From contig CALRDL010000001.1 in the NCBI GenBank assembly GCA_943354905.1, positions 29,520 to 93,519 on the forward strand: a stretch of 64,000 nucleotides of DNA, given 5' to 3'. Each line of letters starts with the position of its first letter. The first letter of the stretch is position 1. A model generated the notes under the pieces. The model saw nothing but the letters and a program-made list of their open reading frames with translations. It did not search any database and was not told the origin of the DNA. Both the position numbers and the translations under genes were made by a program. This DNA is from Candidatus Nomurabacteria bacterium. Its GTDB lineage: Bacteria > Patescibacteriota > Minisyncoccia > Phycocordibacterales > UBA9973. Below, piece by piece: positions 46,259 through 55,162 of the stretch.

Positions 46259-47122
46259 TCACCTTAAAGTTTTTACAAATTCTATCCAATCTTTGAGAGT
46301 TAATTCTTCCGCTCTTTTGTTCCCTAATAACACATAGGAGTTTCCTATGCCATAGGAAACTCCTATGTGTTTGAGGTTGCCAGACAGTTTTTTGCGCTTG
46401 TGAGCGAAGCCAGCTTTGACTATTTCCCAAAATTTTTGCTCAAATTCCAGACTGTTCAAAGCTTTATTTTGAACTTCGCTCCGTCCTCCCCCTTGCGAAG
46501 GGGGAGGTGTCCTGAGTTCATCGAAGGGCGGAGGGGGTAAAGTAATGAAATTTTTTCTTGAAATATTATTTATACTGATGACTGCCGAGTCTACCTTTGG
46601 TGCAGGAGAGAAATATCTGGCTGGAACTTTCATAATAAGTTTCGGATCACCATAAGCTTTTACAGAAATAGAAAGAATACTTTCCTTGCCATCGCGAGCC
46701 ACTATTCTTTTTGCCACTTCATTTTGGACCATCAGCACCATGCTAGTAGGCTGATGTTTGTCTGTTAAAAACTTTTTCAAAATCGCTCCAGTTATATTAT
46801 ACGGAATGTTGGCGATGATTTTATATTGCGTTAGGTCTTGCCTAACGCAATCAAAGTCGAGAATATCTTCATGTACTAGTACGAGAGAACGAGACTCTAT
46901 TTCTTTTGCAAATTTATCTTTCAAAAATTCAAAAAGATCATTATCTTTTTCTACGGCTATAACTTTTGCTCCTGTTTGTAAAAGTTTCTCAGTGAGTGCG
47001 CCCTTACCAGGACCTATTTCCAAGATTACATCATCTTTTTTTATCTCTCCTGCTTTGACTATATTATTCAAGGCTGGAACCGATTTTAAGAAATTTTGTC
47101 CCAATGATTTTTTTATTTTCAT
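46259..47122 (-). CDS. rsmA: 16S rRNA (adenine1518/1519-N6)-dimethyltransferase, with two in-frame palindromic inserts near the C-terminus
   Basis: LGQNFLKS and LEIGPGKGALT motifs. Confidence 0.85.
   Translation of the reverse strand: MKIKKSLGQNFLKSVPALNNIVKAGEIKKDDVILEIGPGKGALTEKLLQTGAKVIAVEKDNDLFEFLKDKFAKEIESRSLVLVHEDILDFDCVRQDLTQYKIIANIPYNITGAILKKFLTDKHQPTSMVLMVQNEVAKRIVARDGKESILSISVKAYGDPKLIMKVPARYFSPAPKVDSAVISINNISRKNFITLPPPPFDELRTPPPSQGGGRSEVQNKALNSLEFEQKFWEIVKAGFAHKRKKLSGNLKHIGVSYGIGNSYVLLGNKRAEELTLKDWIEFVKTLR
46332..46368. repeat. Family C palindrome, in frame in rsmA
   Basis: Sequence acataggagtttcctatgccataggaaactcctatgt, translated as HIGVSYGIGNSYV. Confidence 0.7.
46482..46539. 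repeat. Family B palindromic element, in frame in rsmA
   Basis: Sequence cgtcctcccccttgcgaagggggaggtgtcctgagttcatcgaagggcggagggggta. Confidence 0.7.
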
Positions 47123-47141
47123 TGTTTGTATATTAGCATAA

Positions 47142-47308
47142 AAAACTTGTTGCAGGCGTGTTTTTTAGATTTTAAATTACAAAACTTGTCGTAGGCGCAC
47201 TTTTCAAAGGGTCTTTCGCAGGACGTCGGTCCGAGAAGGAGCAAAAAATCAACAGATTTTTATGCGACCCTTTGAAAAGTTGGGTCAAGAAAGAGTTTTG
47301 TAATTTAA
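47142..47308. repeat. Nested direct- and inverted-repeat structured element between rsmA and pcrA
   Basis: Direct repeats aaaacttgttgcaggcgtg and aaaacttgtcgtaggcgcac. Inverted repeats ttttcaaagggtc / gaccctttgaaaag and ttaaattacaaaac / gttttgtaatttaa. Inner palindrome ggacgtcggtcc. Confidence 0.5.
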
Positions 47309-47311
47309 ATT

Positions 47312-49462
47312 CTATATATAAATTGTTTTTATTCCACCTTTCTCCCCTTCTTTTTCGAGTAGGTCTGCTGGAATGTCAGAAATAAATTCTGAAGGAGCAT
47401 TTATATTTCTTGATCCAAATATTGTACGGAAATTCGCAAAAGAAAGGAATAATTTTTCTTTGGCTCGAGTGACAGCGACGTAGAAGAGCCGGCGTTCTTC
47501 CTCCCTGTCTGCGCCAGCTTCCTCATTGCGTCTTTCATGTGGGAAGAGTCCATTTTCAAGACCGGTAACAAAAACATATTTGAATTCGAGACCTTTGGAG
47601 GCATGCACAGTCATGAGTTTCACCCCCTCTTTTTTTTCTTTTTTATTTTCTTCATTCATCAAAGAATCTTGATCGGAAGCGAGTGAAGCATCTTCGAGAA
47701 GTTTCTCTACCCCTTTTCCATCTTCTAAATTGTCATATTTGAGTGCCAGAGTTGCAAGCTCTTTTATGTTTTCTAGTCTTTCCAAGTCTTCATCAGTGCC
47801 ATTTTTTAATTCCGACTCTATACCAGACTTTCTGATGACGAATTTTATGATGTCACTTGCTTTGGATTTTCCTATCTCTGTTTTTATTTCATCTAAGATG
47901 TCATAAAAACTATTTAATTTTATTTGCATTTTTATCGGCAAGTTTCCTGTCTCTCCAGCGAAAATTTTTACCAAAGTAACTTTACCTATACCTCTCGCTG
48001 GGAAATTTATAATTCTTTTTATATCTGACAAACTATCTCTATTTAAAGCTACTCGCAGATAAGCCAAAGTGTCTTTGATTTCTTTTCTTTCAAAGAATTT
48101 CACACCTAAAACTTGGTATGGGATATTGTAACGAAGCATAGCCTCCTCGAGTACGCGAGATTGAAAGTTTGCTCGATATAGTATTGCAATTTCAGAAAAG
48201 GCAGGCAGAAGTGTCTCCGAGGGAACCCTTGGTAGGAGCGACGGCGACGGACAGAGAAAATTTTCAGCAGAAAATTTTCGTGGTGAGTCCGGAGACACTT
48301 CTGCCGAACTGTCTTGCAATTCTAAAATCTTCGTCGCCACAAAATCCGCCTCCTCTGTTTCATCAAGAGCTTCATACAGACCTATCTTCTCCCCTACTGC
48401 GTTATTTGTAAATAAATTTTTGTCGGGACGATATTTATTTTTCTTGATTATTTCATTCGCAGCCTCGAGGATATTTTTTGTAGATCGATAATTTTGTTCA
48501 AGCATCACTATTTTTGCATTTGGATAATCCTTTTCAAAACTCAAAATGTTTTTCAAGTTTGCTCCTCTCCAACTATAGATCAATTGATCGCTGTCCCCGA
48601 CTACGGCTATATTTTTATGATTCTCGGCGAGCATTTTCGACATCAAATATTGCACCTCATTCGTGTCTTGATACTCATCTATGTGAATATGGGACCAACG
48701 TTCTTGGTATATTTTTCTAATTTCCTCGTTATCTTTTAATAGTTTAGTTGCTTTCAATAAAAGATCGTCAAAATCTAGAGAATTTTCTTTATTTTTTTTC
48801 TCTTCATATATTCGCCAGACATTTGCCACCAATTCTTGAAAAGAGTTTGTAATATTTTCTCGATATTTTTCTAAAGTATTAAATTTTCCTTTTTCAATAC
48901 TGATAATATTTTTGATTTTCGCTGGAGGGTGTTCCTTCGGGTCAAAGTTGAGTTCTTTTAAAGCGTCTTTGATTAAGCTTTTCGCGTCGGGTTCATCCAT
49001 GATGGTAAAATATTTTGTCAGTCCGAGCAGGCGTGCATTTTCTTTGATGATATATACTCCGAGTGAGTGAAATGTAGAAACAAAAGGAGTGGGGCCGAGA
49101 TGTTGGGCTCTGTCACCACGAAAATTTTCTGCTGAAAATTTTCTCTGTCCGTCGTCGTTCAGAAATGTACCTCCGGGTACATTTCTGCTCCCAAGGGTTC
49201 CATATCCCAACATCTCGGCCCCACCGACGAAATTCTCCTGTATGGCTCCAAGTATTCTCTCTCGCATTTCTTTGGCCGCTTTGTTGGTAAATGTTACAGC
49301 CAAAATTCTTTCTGGGGCGATGCCGTTTTTGATCAAGTTTACTATGCGGTGAGTGATAGTCTTCGTCTTCCCCGCTCCCGCGCCAGCAATTATCAAAAGC
49401 GGCCCATCCATATGCATAGCCGCTTCCTTTTGTTCTTTATTTAGACCTTCTAGGTGTTTCAC
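47312..49462 (-). CDS. pcrA: UvrD/PcrA-family ATP-dependent DNA helicase, with two in-frame TIR-bounded inserts
   Basis: GAGAGKTKTITHRI Walker A, TFTNKAAKEMRERI, and the motifs VSTFHSLG, VGDSDQ, YRST and VHASKGLEF. Confidence 0.9.
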   Translation of the reverse strand: MKHLEGLNKEQKEAAMHMDGPLLIIAGAGAGKTKTITHRIVNLIKNGIAPERILAVTFTNKAAKEMRERILGAIQENFVGGAEMLGYGTLGSRNVPGGTFLNDDGQRKFSAENFRGDRAQHLGPTPFVSTFHSLGVYIIKENARLLGLTKYFTIMDEPDAKSLIKDALKELNFDPKEHPPAKIKNIISIEKGKFNTLEKYRENITNSFQELVANVWRIYEEKKNKENSLDFDDLLLKATKLLKDNEEIRKIYQERWSHIHIDEYQDTNEVQYLMSKMLAENHKNIAVVGDSDQLIYSWRGANLKNILSFEKDYPNAKIVMLEQNYRSTKNILEAANEIIKKNKYRPDKNLFTNNAVGEKIGLYEALDETEEADFVATKILELQDSSAEVSPDSPRKFSAENFLCPSPSLLPRVPSETLLPAFSEIAILYRANFQSRVLEEAMLRYNIPYQVLGVKFFERKEIKDTLAYLRVALNRDSLSDIKRIINFPARGIGKVTLVKIFAGETGNLPIKMQIKLNSFYDILDEIKTEIGKSKASDIIKFVIRKSGIESELKNGTDEDLERLENIKELATLALKYDNLEDGKGVEKLLEDASLASDQDSLMNEENKKEKKEGVKLMTVHASKGLEFKYVFVTGLENGLFPHERRNEEAGADREEERRLFYVAVTRAKEKLFLSFANFRTIFGSRNINAPSEFISDIPADLLEKEGEKGGIKTIYI
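48203..48305. repeat. Family D element, in frame in pcrA
   Basis: TIRs ggcagaagtgtctccg and cggagacacttctgcc. Core gaaaattttcagcagaaaattttc. Confidence 0.65.
49091..49222. repeat. Family D element, in frame in pcrA between the ERIL and VSTFHS motifs
   Basis: TIRs ggggccgagatgttggg and cccaacatctcggcccc. Core gaaaattttctgctgaaaattttc plus the palindrome cagaaatgtacctccgggtacatttctg. Confidence 0.7.
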
Positions 49463-49496
49463 TTTTCTAGTCTAACATATTCTTTTAAATAAGAGC

Positions 49497-49910
49497 CTAT
49501 TCTAAACTAAAATCAATTAATTTTTGTTTTACCAAATCATCTGGAACTTCAAAACCCGGCATATATTCCACCTTTTCTGTGTAGTTGATATCATCAAAGT
49601 AGGCTAATTGATTACGAAAAATTTTCGCATTAAATTCCCCAGCAAAAAGCTCTTCAGCTTTTTGAGATATTTCTTTCACAGTAAAATGATCTTTTAGTAT
49701 AAAATATAAATCAACATAATCTTTCCATTTATTGCGTCTGCTCAAGGCAAATGCCTTCATCGCAGCTAGTGTCAAAAGAGTAGGGAGCTTTAAATAATAT
49801 CCAAATTTTTCTGGATAAGAAATCTCGTAATTAAATTCTTTCAATAAAGATAATAGATTTGATTGTTCTTCAGTTAAAATTTCTTTATGTGATGCTTGAA
49901 TATTTATCAA
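49497..49910 (-). CDS. Hypothetical protein, possibly the C-terminal part of a nucleotidyltransferase-like (AbiEii-like) protein
   Basis: SRRNKWKDYVDLYFIL motif. Overlaps the upstream ORF by 26 nt, suggesting a split gene. Confidence 0.3.
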   Translation of the reverse strand: MINIQASHKEILTEEQSNLLSLLKEFNYEISYPEKFGYYLKLPTLLTLAAMKAFALSRRNKWKDYVDLYFILKDHFTVKEISQKAEELFAGEFNAKIFRNQLAYFDDINYTEKVEYMPGFEVPDDLVKQKLIDFSLE

Positions 49911-50190
49911 AATATAGTTGAAAATAATTCCTAACTTGTTTATCGTAATTCTGTCGATTAAATTTATCAGGTTTAGATTTTTCGCGAAAAATTGAAGCTA
50001 CCTTCGACATACTTAGGATTTGAATCATTTTCTGGACATCATCCCAATTGCCATAATTGAGGACATGTTCTACGATCGATGCTTCATCGAGCTTGTCCAA
50101 ATTTTCTTTGCTAACATACCAAATCAAATATGGCCTTTGTTTTATAAATTCGTGTATGGTCATAACACATACATTATACCATTTTTCCAC
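49885..50190 (-). CDS. Hypothetical protein (101 aa), possibly the N-terminal part of a frameshifted gene
   Basis: Overlaps the downstream ORF. No family recognised. Confidence 0.3.
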   Translation of the reverse strand: MEKWYNVCVMTIHEFIKQRPYLIWYVSKENLDKLDEASIVEHVLNYGNWDDVQKMIQILSMSKVASIFREKSKPDKFNRQNYDKQVRNYFQLYFDKYSSIT

Positions 50191-50204
50191 TAAAAATCCA
50201 AAGT

Positions 50205-50255
50205 AAATATCAAGGTGAAACCTTAAGAATTCAAAAAGGTTTCACCTTGATATTT
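50205..50255. repeat. Perfect 20-bp inverted repeat with an 11-nt loop
   Basis: aaatatcaaggtgaaacctt-aagaattcaaa-aaggtttcaccttgatattt. Confidence 0.6.
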
Positions 50256-50270
50256 ATTAACACAAAAAAC

Positions 50271-50298
50271 AAAAAGTCCCCTTCGGGACTTTTTTTAG
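50271..50298. terminator. Bidirectional rho-independent terminator
   Basis: aaaaagtcccc-ttcg-ggggacttttttt. Confidence 0.6.
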
Positions 50299-50313
50299 CT
50301 ACGTTAAGTTTTA

Positions 50314-53300
50314 TTAGAATACATCTTCTGCTCTTCCTCGTAGAATTTTTGTTGTCACTGTGTCATCAAAAAGTATTCCTTTCTCTGCTAATTCAGCATG
50401 GTGTGCTACAAACCAAGTAGATAGTTCTTTATTATTATTTATAATCGAAGTTATTTCTGAAGACGATAAATGTTCCGAATTTGAGAGAGCTTGTAACATT
50501 ATTGTAGGATTGTTAAATACACTAGATAGATGTATCACATCCCCGGGATTAAGAATTCTAATATCTCCACTTGCCCACCCCAAATTTTTCAGTTCTGTGG
50601 GTGTCATTTTTGCATAAATGTCTTTTATTGCATCAATAACATGAGTTCTCTTTCCTTCATCCATCCCTTCCAATAAATGTTCTGCGTCCAATTGATTTTC
50701 AATGATTTTCCAAGTACTGTCGCCATAGGCAACAGTATGATCAATGAGAGTTGGCGTTGGGGCAAATACAGGCAGGCCTGGATATGTTAGCGTTGGTGGT
50801 GTAATGGTGGGTGTATCAAATAATTTTCCTCCGATCAGCCACCCGACAGATCCACCAGCCAAGGCAGCTGTCGTTTTTCTAAACATTTTCTTTATTCTTT
50901 CTTTATCTACTTCTGATTCCACTGTCTCATTCATACCATTTATTTCTGTGGCTAATCTGTTCGATAGACGATTTGAAAATCTCAGTGTTGGGTTGTCTAA
51001 ACGCGCCCCAGCCACAACTTCTCTGGCTGTTAAAGCATTATCTCTTTCTAGGATCATCAAAGCGATTTTTCCTTCATCTCCGCGTGTATGTAAGTTTTTT
51101 ATTGCCACACCCTTTTCTACTTGGAGCATTCGTAGTCTCGCTGCTTCTTTTTTGATTTCTTCAGGGGTAATAGAATTTAAGTACATATCTCGAGCGTCAT
51201 CTGTGATGAAATTTCTGTTTTTCAATTCTTTACTCATTTTTTGTACTAGATTTCCTTTGTGTCCTAAGAGTTTTGTAAATTGTTCCAATCCAGCCTCTAC
51301 TCCCACATAAGTACCTACTCCACCCATGACTGCTCGAGCTCCTACGATACCAGCACCTACTGCAGTACCTCCAGTAAGAATACTAGCACCACCTAAAAGC
51401 AAGCCAGTGACCAAGCGAGTCTTGGTAAGCTGTCTCCATTTAGTTTTCATTTTTTCGAAAATATTTTTCTCAATACCATTTACAGATCTGTTGTCTATGT
51501 TGTCTTGCTCTTTGCTTAAAAGATCCACAATTTTTTGAGTTATTTGTTCACGGCCTTGTTCTGCTGTCATCTCTCCTTTTTTTATTTTCTGAACTATTTC
51601 ATCTTCATGTTTTCTGATTTCCAAGATTCTATATTTAGAAAGCTTTTCTTGGTATTCTTTTCTTATTTTTTCAATTTCTAAAAGACCTTCTTTTCCGCCA
51701 AAATCCATTTTCTTCCCATCGAATTCCAATTTTCTTCCAAACATTTTACCAAACAACCCTCTAAACACGTTTCCACGCATTCTCTTTGCTTTTAGATATA
51801 AGTCTCTCAGTTCATCGAGTTTTTTTAGATCCTCAGACGTAAAAATCGGCATAGGTTCTACTACTATCGGTGGTGGTGGTCCAGGAGGAGTTTCTTGTGG
51901 TGTTGTATTCGGCGTTACTTCTGTTACTTTTGATATTTCGGTTTGGTGTAGATTTATGAATATAATTAAATTTTTTATAGCTAATTCATCTCCTTGTTCT
52001 GCTGTCTCTAATAGAATTATGAGTTGAGCTTTGAGATTTTCACCCATTGGCAATATCTCATGCTTTTTCATAGTGTCTGCTCGACTATTTATCAATATAA
52101 GTAAAGTATTGATGGCCCCACTATCTCCATTTTTAATTTGCCCTAACAATAATACAACTGTTATTCTTAGAGATTCGATTTTCTTTTTTTCTTTATCGTC
52201 TGGCTTTGTTTCTGGTACAGTTTTTGTTTCAGGAGTTGTTTCTTTATTCTTTTTACTATTCTTACTATCTAATTTTTCCTCAAGTTTTGTACGTTCCTTT
52301 TTTTTTGCCTCTAGCGAGCTGTATAAGGCAGCTTGATCTTCTTTTTGTGTAGAAGATTTATATTTTTCATCCAGCTTAAGAATTTCTTCCTTAAGTTTTT
52401 TCAGTTTAGCCATATCTAATTCTTCCTCAAGTTTATCATATTTCTCTTGTTTTGCATTTATCACGCTGTATAAGGCAGCTTTTTCAATCACTTTGTCTCT
52501 GGCAAGCAATTTATATGTTTCATCCAGCTCAAGAATTTCTTCCTTAAGTTTTTTCAACTTATCCATCTTCTTTTTATTTTTTTCAGCCTCATCTTCTTCA
52601 GCTTTGACTGGAGTTGTTTCTTTTTCAGGTACAATGGATATAGGTGTTTTAGTCGCCTCACTTTTCTCAGCTTTTTCATTATTATTCTCATCTTCTAATT
52701 CTTTCTCAAGTTTATCATATTCCCCTTGTGCCAGCTTTTTCATTTCCTTGAAGGTAATTTTTGAATTCCTTCCTAAAGAATGTTTAATCAGACTATCCAG
52801 CTCAAGAATTTCTTCCTTAAGTTTTTTCAACTTATCCATCTTCTCTTTACTTTTTTCAACCTCATCTTCTTTAGCTTTGTCTGGATCTGCTTTTTTTTCA
52901 GATTCAGTGGTTGCAGGTGTTTTAGTCGCCCCACTTTCTTCATCTTCTTTTTTTTGTTCGAGTCTAGTTAGTTCAAATTTAGCAAGTGCAAGCTTTCCTT
53001 TATTTTTTGTTTTTTTGGAATGATTCCTGCCAATATTCTTTTTTTTTAATGTTTCAATTGTTGTTTTAAGATTAGAGATCTCTAAATCAATACTACTAGG
53101 AGCTTCTCTAGGAACTTCCTTTGTATTTTCAGCTGGATTTTTATTTTCCTGTTTTGTTGGTTCAGGTTCTGTTCCAACTTGTGGAGACTTTGGCAGAGTT
53201 TCTTCTTCCTCAGGCTCTGGTTTTGATTCAGCTTCTATTCCTTCTTCTGTTTGAGGTTTTGCAGGCGTTTTAGCCGCCTCACTTTCTTCAGCTTCTTTTT

Positions 53301-53523
53301 TTTGTTCGAGTCTAATTAGTTCAAATTGAGCAAGCGTAAGCTTTTGTTCATTTTCTGCTGTTGAGAAAGGATTCCCGCTAGTATTCTTTTTTTCTAATGT
53401 TTGAATTTGTGCTTTCTGAGCAGCGATCTGTGAAGCGATATTAGGAGTTTCTTTTGTTGTTGTTTCAGCTTTTGTAGACGTTGGGGTCGTCTCTTTTTTT
53501 TGTTGTTGTGGTTGTCTGTCCAT
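50314..53523 (-). CDS. Giant repetitive coiled-coil membrane protein (1069 aa) with a C-terminal LysM-like domain
   Basis: Repeated LT(L)AQFEL(I/T)RLEQKKE(A/D)EESEA(A/T)KTPA and MDKLKKLKEEILELD modules. Transmembrane segment GLLLGGASILTGGTAVGAGIVGA. HTVAYGDSTWKII...LNPGDVIHL resembles LysM. Confidence 0.5.
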   Translation of the reverse strand: MDRQPQQQKKETTPTSTKAETTTKETPNIASQIAAQKAQIQTLEKKNTSGNPFSTAENEQKLTLAQFELIRLEQKKEAEESEAAKTPAKPQTEEGIEAESKPEPEEEETLPKSPQVGTEPEPTKQENKNPAENTKEVPREAPSSIDLEISNLKTTIETLKKKNIGRNHSKKTKNKGKLALAKFELTRLEQKKEDEESGATKTPATTESEKKADPDKAKEDEVEKSKEKMDKLKKLKEEILELDSLIKHSLGRNSKITFKEMKKLAQGEYDKLEKELEDENNNEKAEKSEATKTPISIVPEKETTPVKAEEDEAEKNKKKMDKLKKLKEEILELDETYKLLARDKVIEKAALYSVINAKQEKYDKLEEELDMAKLKKLKEEILKLDEKYKSSTQKEDQAALYSSLEAKKKERTKLEEKLDSKNSKKNKETTPETKTVPETKPDDKEKKKIESLRITVVLLLGQIKNGDSGAINTLLILINSRADTMKKHEILPMGENLKAQLIILLETAEQGDELAIKNLIIFINLHQTEISKVTEVTPNTTPQETPPGPPPPIVVEPMPIFTSEDLKKLDELRDLYLKAKRMRGNVFRGLFGKMFGRKLEFDGKKMDFGGKEGLLEIEKIRKEYQEKLSKYRILEIRKHEDEIVQKIKKGEMTAEQGREQITQKIVDLLSKEQDNIDNRSVNGIEKNIFEKMKTKWRQLTKTRLVTGLLLGGASILTGGTAVGAGIVGARAVMGGVGTYVGVEAGLEQFTKLLGHKGNLVQKMSKELKNRNFITDDARDMYLNSITPEEIKKEAARLRMLQVEKGVAIKNLHTRGDEGKIALMILERDNALTAREVVAGARLDNPTLRFSNRLSNRLATEINGMNETVESEVDKERIKKMFRKTTAALAGGSVGWLIGGKLFDTPTITPPTLTYPGLPVFAPTPTLIDHTVAYGDSTWKIIENQLDAEHLLEGMDEGKRTHVIDAIKDIYAKMTPTELKNLGWASGDIRILNPGDVIHLSSVFNNPTIMLQALSNSEHLSSSEITSIINNNKELSTWFVAHHAELAEKGILFDDTVTTKILRGRAEDVF

Positions 53524-53558
53524 TTTTATAATTAATATTTAAAGTTATTAAGAATTAT

Positions 53559-53861
53559 TTAGATTGTTGTTGCTTGCTTCATTTCCAGCATTTCTTTTTT
53601 AAAATTTGCTATTGTTTCAGCTATTGTGAAATCAAAATTAGGGATTTTACTTCTTAAAAATCCAACCATATCACCATTAGAGTCCAAAACTTTGTCCAAT
53701 TCTTTTTTCTCGTCTTCTGTTAAGATAGATAGAACTTCGAGATTGATTCTATTTTCTACCACTTGTGACATTTGGTTTACTAGCATTTCTTTTTTTTCAG
53801 CTGGTAGTGAGTCCAAGCCCAATTCTTGCACTAGATTTATATTTAAAAATTCAGTTATCAT
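53559..53861 (-). CDS. Hypothetical protein
   Basis: 100-aa ORF. No family recognised. Confidence 0.35.
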   Translation of the reverse strand: MITEFLNINLVQELGLDSLPAEKKEMLVNQMSQVVENRINLEVLSILTEDEKKELDKVLDSNGDMVGFLRSKIPNFDFTIAETIANFKKEMLEMKQATTI

Positions 53862-54005
53862 ATTTTTTTATTTAAGCTAATAAATTATTGTTTATATTAT
53901 ACACCAATTAAATATGTTTTAGATATTTGTAATACCATTATACCATAAAGATGTGCATTTTGTCAAGTATTTATTTTTAGATTTTTTAAATCAAAACGCA
54001 AAAAG

Positions 54006-54050
54006 GCCGTACGCTGGAGTTGGGAATACCAACGGCGTACGGCCTTTCGA
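54006..54050. terminator. GC-rich hairpin at the left edge of the high-GC island
   Basis: aggccgtacgctggagttgggaataccaacggcgtacggcct. Confidence 0.45.
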
Positions 54051-54106
54051 TTGATTTGGTTGATGTGTGTGCCGGCCCACGATTGTAGGTCGGCAATAAA
54101 GAACAA

Positions 54107-55141
54107 TTAAAAGGCTTCGATTTTCACCTGAGCCCCGGCTTTTTTTAGCCGGTTTTCAAGGTACTTGAGCCCCTTTTCCATCAGCGCTGGTCGTGAGACC
54201 GGGAGCGGATGGAGGTGGACAGTGAGTCCTTTCAAGTTGAGTGCGCCGATGTCGGCGATCTGGTCTAACTTTGACCAGTTCGCCTCCTCAAGAAGCTCTG
54301 GGTTTTTGTAAACCGAGGCTTCAGGAAGATTTTCGAGCCCATCTGTAAAAATGTGGAGCTTAGGACGTGAGTCCTTGTTCTCCATCATTTCTTTTAGGAT
54401 GGGCATGAGGCCACGCAGGACGGAGCTCTTGGGCTTTGCTTTCCCTTCCACTAGCCAGTCTGTGCTGGCTTTTACTTCGGCTTCCATACCAAGATTTGGA
54501 CGTTGCCGTCCCCCTTGGTAAGGGTCCTCGGAAATGTGATATAGGTTAAGCGCGATTTTGTTTTTGCCGTCAGCTCCGAGCTGTACGGCTCGGGTCTCGT
54601 CAACAATCTGACGAACCCGTTTGGCTAAGTCGTCACTGACACCCTCGGTGGTGTCGAGCGCGACTCCAAACGCCCGCTTGATCGCGACCGGGCCGGTGAA
54701 GGCCTCGATCGCTTTTGCCAATTCGGGCTGGGAGCCGGTGAGCTCTTTCCTCCGATTCGGCCGGGTCGTTTGCTCGAACTTTAGCCAGCCTTTCAGCTGG
54801 AAAATGTTCGAGGATAGGATCTTGTCACCGTCCTTTGTGACGAAGGTCAGTTTCAGTCCATACCCACCCGGCTCTTCCGGCGTGGGGCGTTCGGCGCCGT
54901 AGCGTTTGAGGCTTTTGGCGCTGAACTTCTTTGATTCTTGCAAGAAGATGTCCGTTAAGCGGACACCTTCCGTGGAAACGAGGGTGCTGGCGTCGATCGC
55001 CAACCCCCCGTCCGCTTCGACTTCCCGTTCGAAAACGAGGAAGTCTTCTTTGGGGGTGTACTTCTCCCCCCAAAGGAACATCGTGAGTCCGATCGCCGCA
55101 GCCAGTATGGCTACGGACGACAGGACCAGTTTTTTGTTCAT
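54107..55141 (-). CDS. GC-rich hypothetical exported protein, possibly vWA-like
   Basis: N-terminal anchor LVLSSVAILAAAIGLTMFLW. PKLHIFTDGLEN resembles a vWA segment. Assignment weak. Confidence 0.45.
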   Translation of the reverse strand: MNKKLVLSSVAILAAAIGLTMFLWGEKYTPKEDFLVFEREVEADGGLAIDASTLVSTEGVRLTDIFLQESKKFSAKSLKRYGAERPTPEEPGGYGLKLTFVTKDGDKILSSNIFQLKGWLKFEQTTRPNRRKELTGSQPELAKAIEAFTGPVAIKRAFGVALDTTEGVSDDLAKRVRQIVDETRAVQLGADGKNKIALNLYHISEDPYQGGRQRPNLGMEAEVKASTDWLVEGKAKPKSSVLRGLMPILKEMMENKDSRPKLHIFTDGLENLPEASVYKNPELLEEANWSKLDQIADIGALNLKGLTVHLHPLPVSRPALMEKGLKYLENRLKKAGAQVKIEAF

Positions 55142-55162
55142 TGCTTCTGTTCCTTTCCGCCC

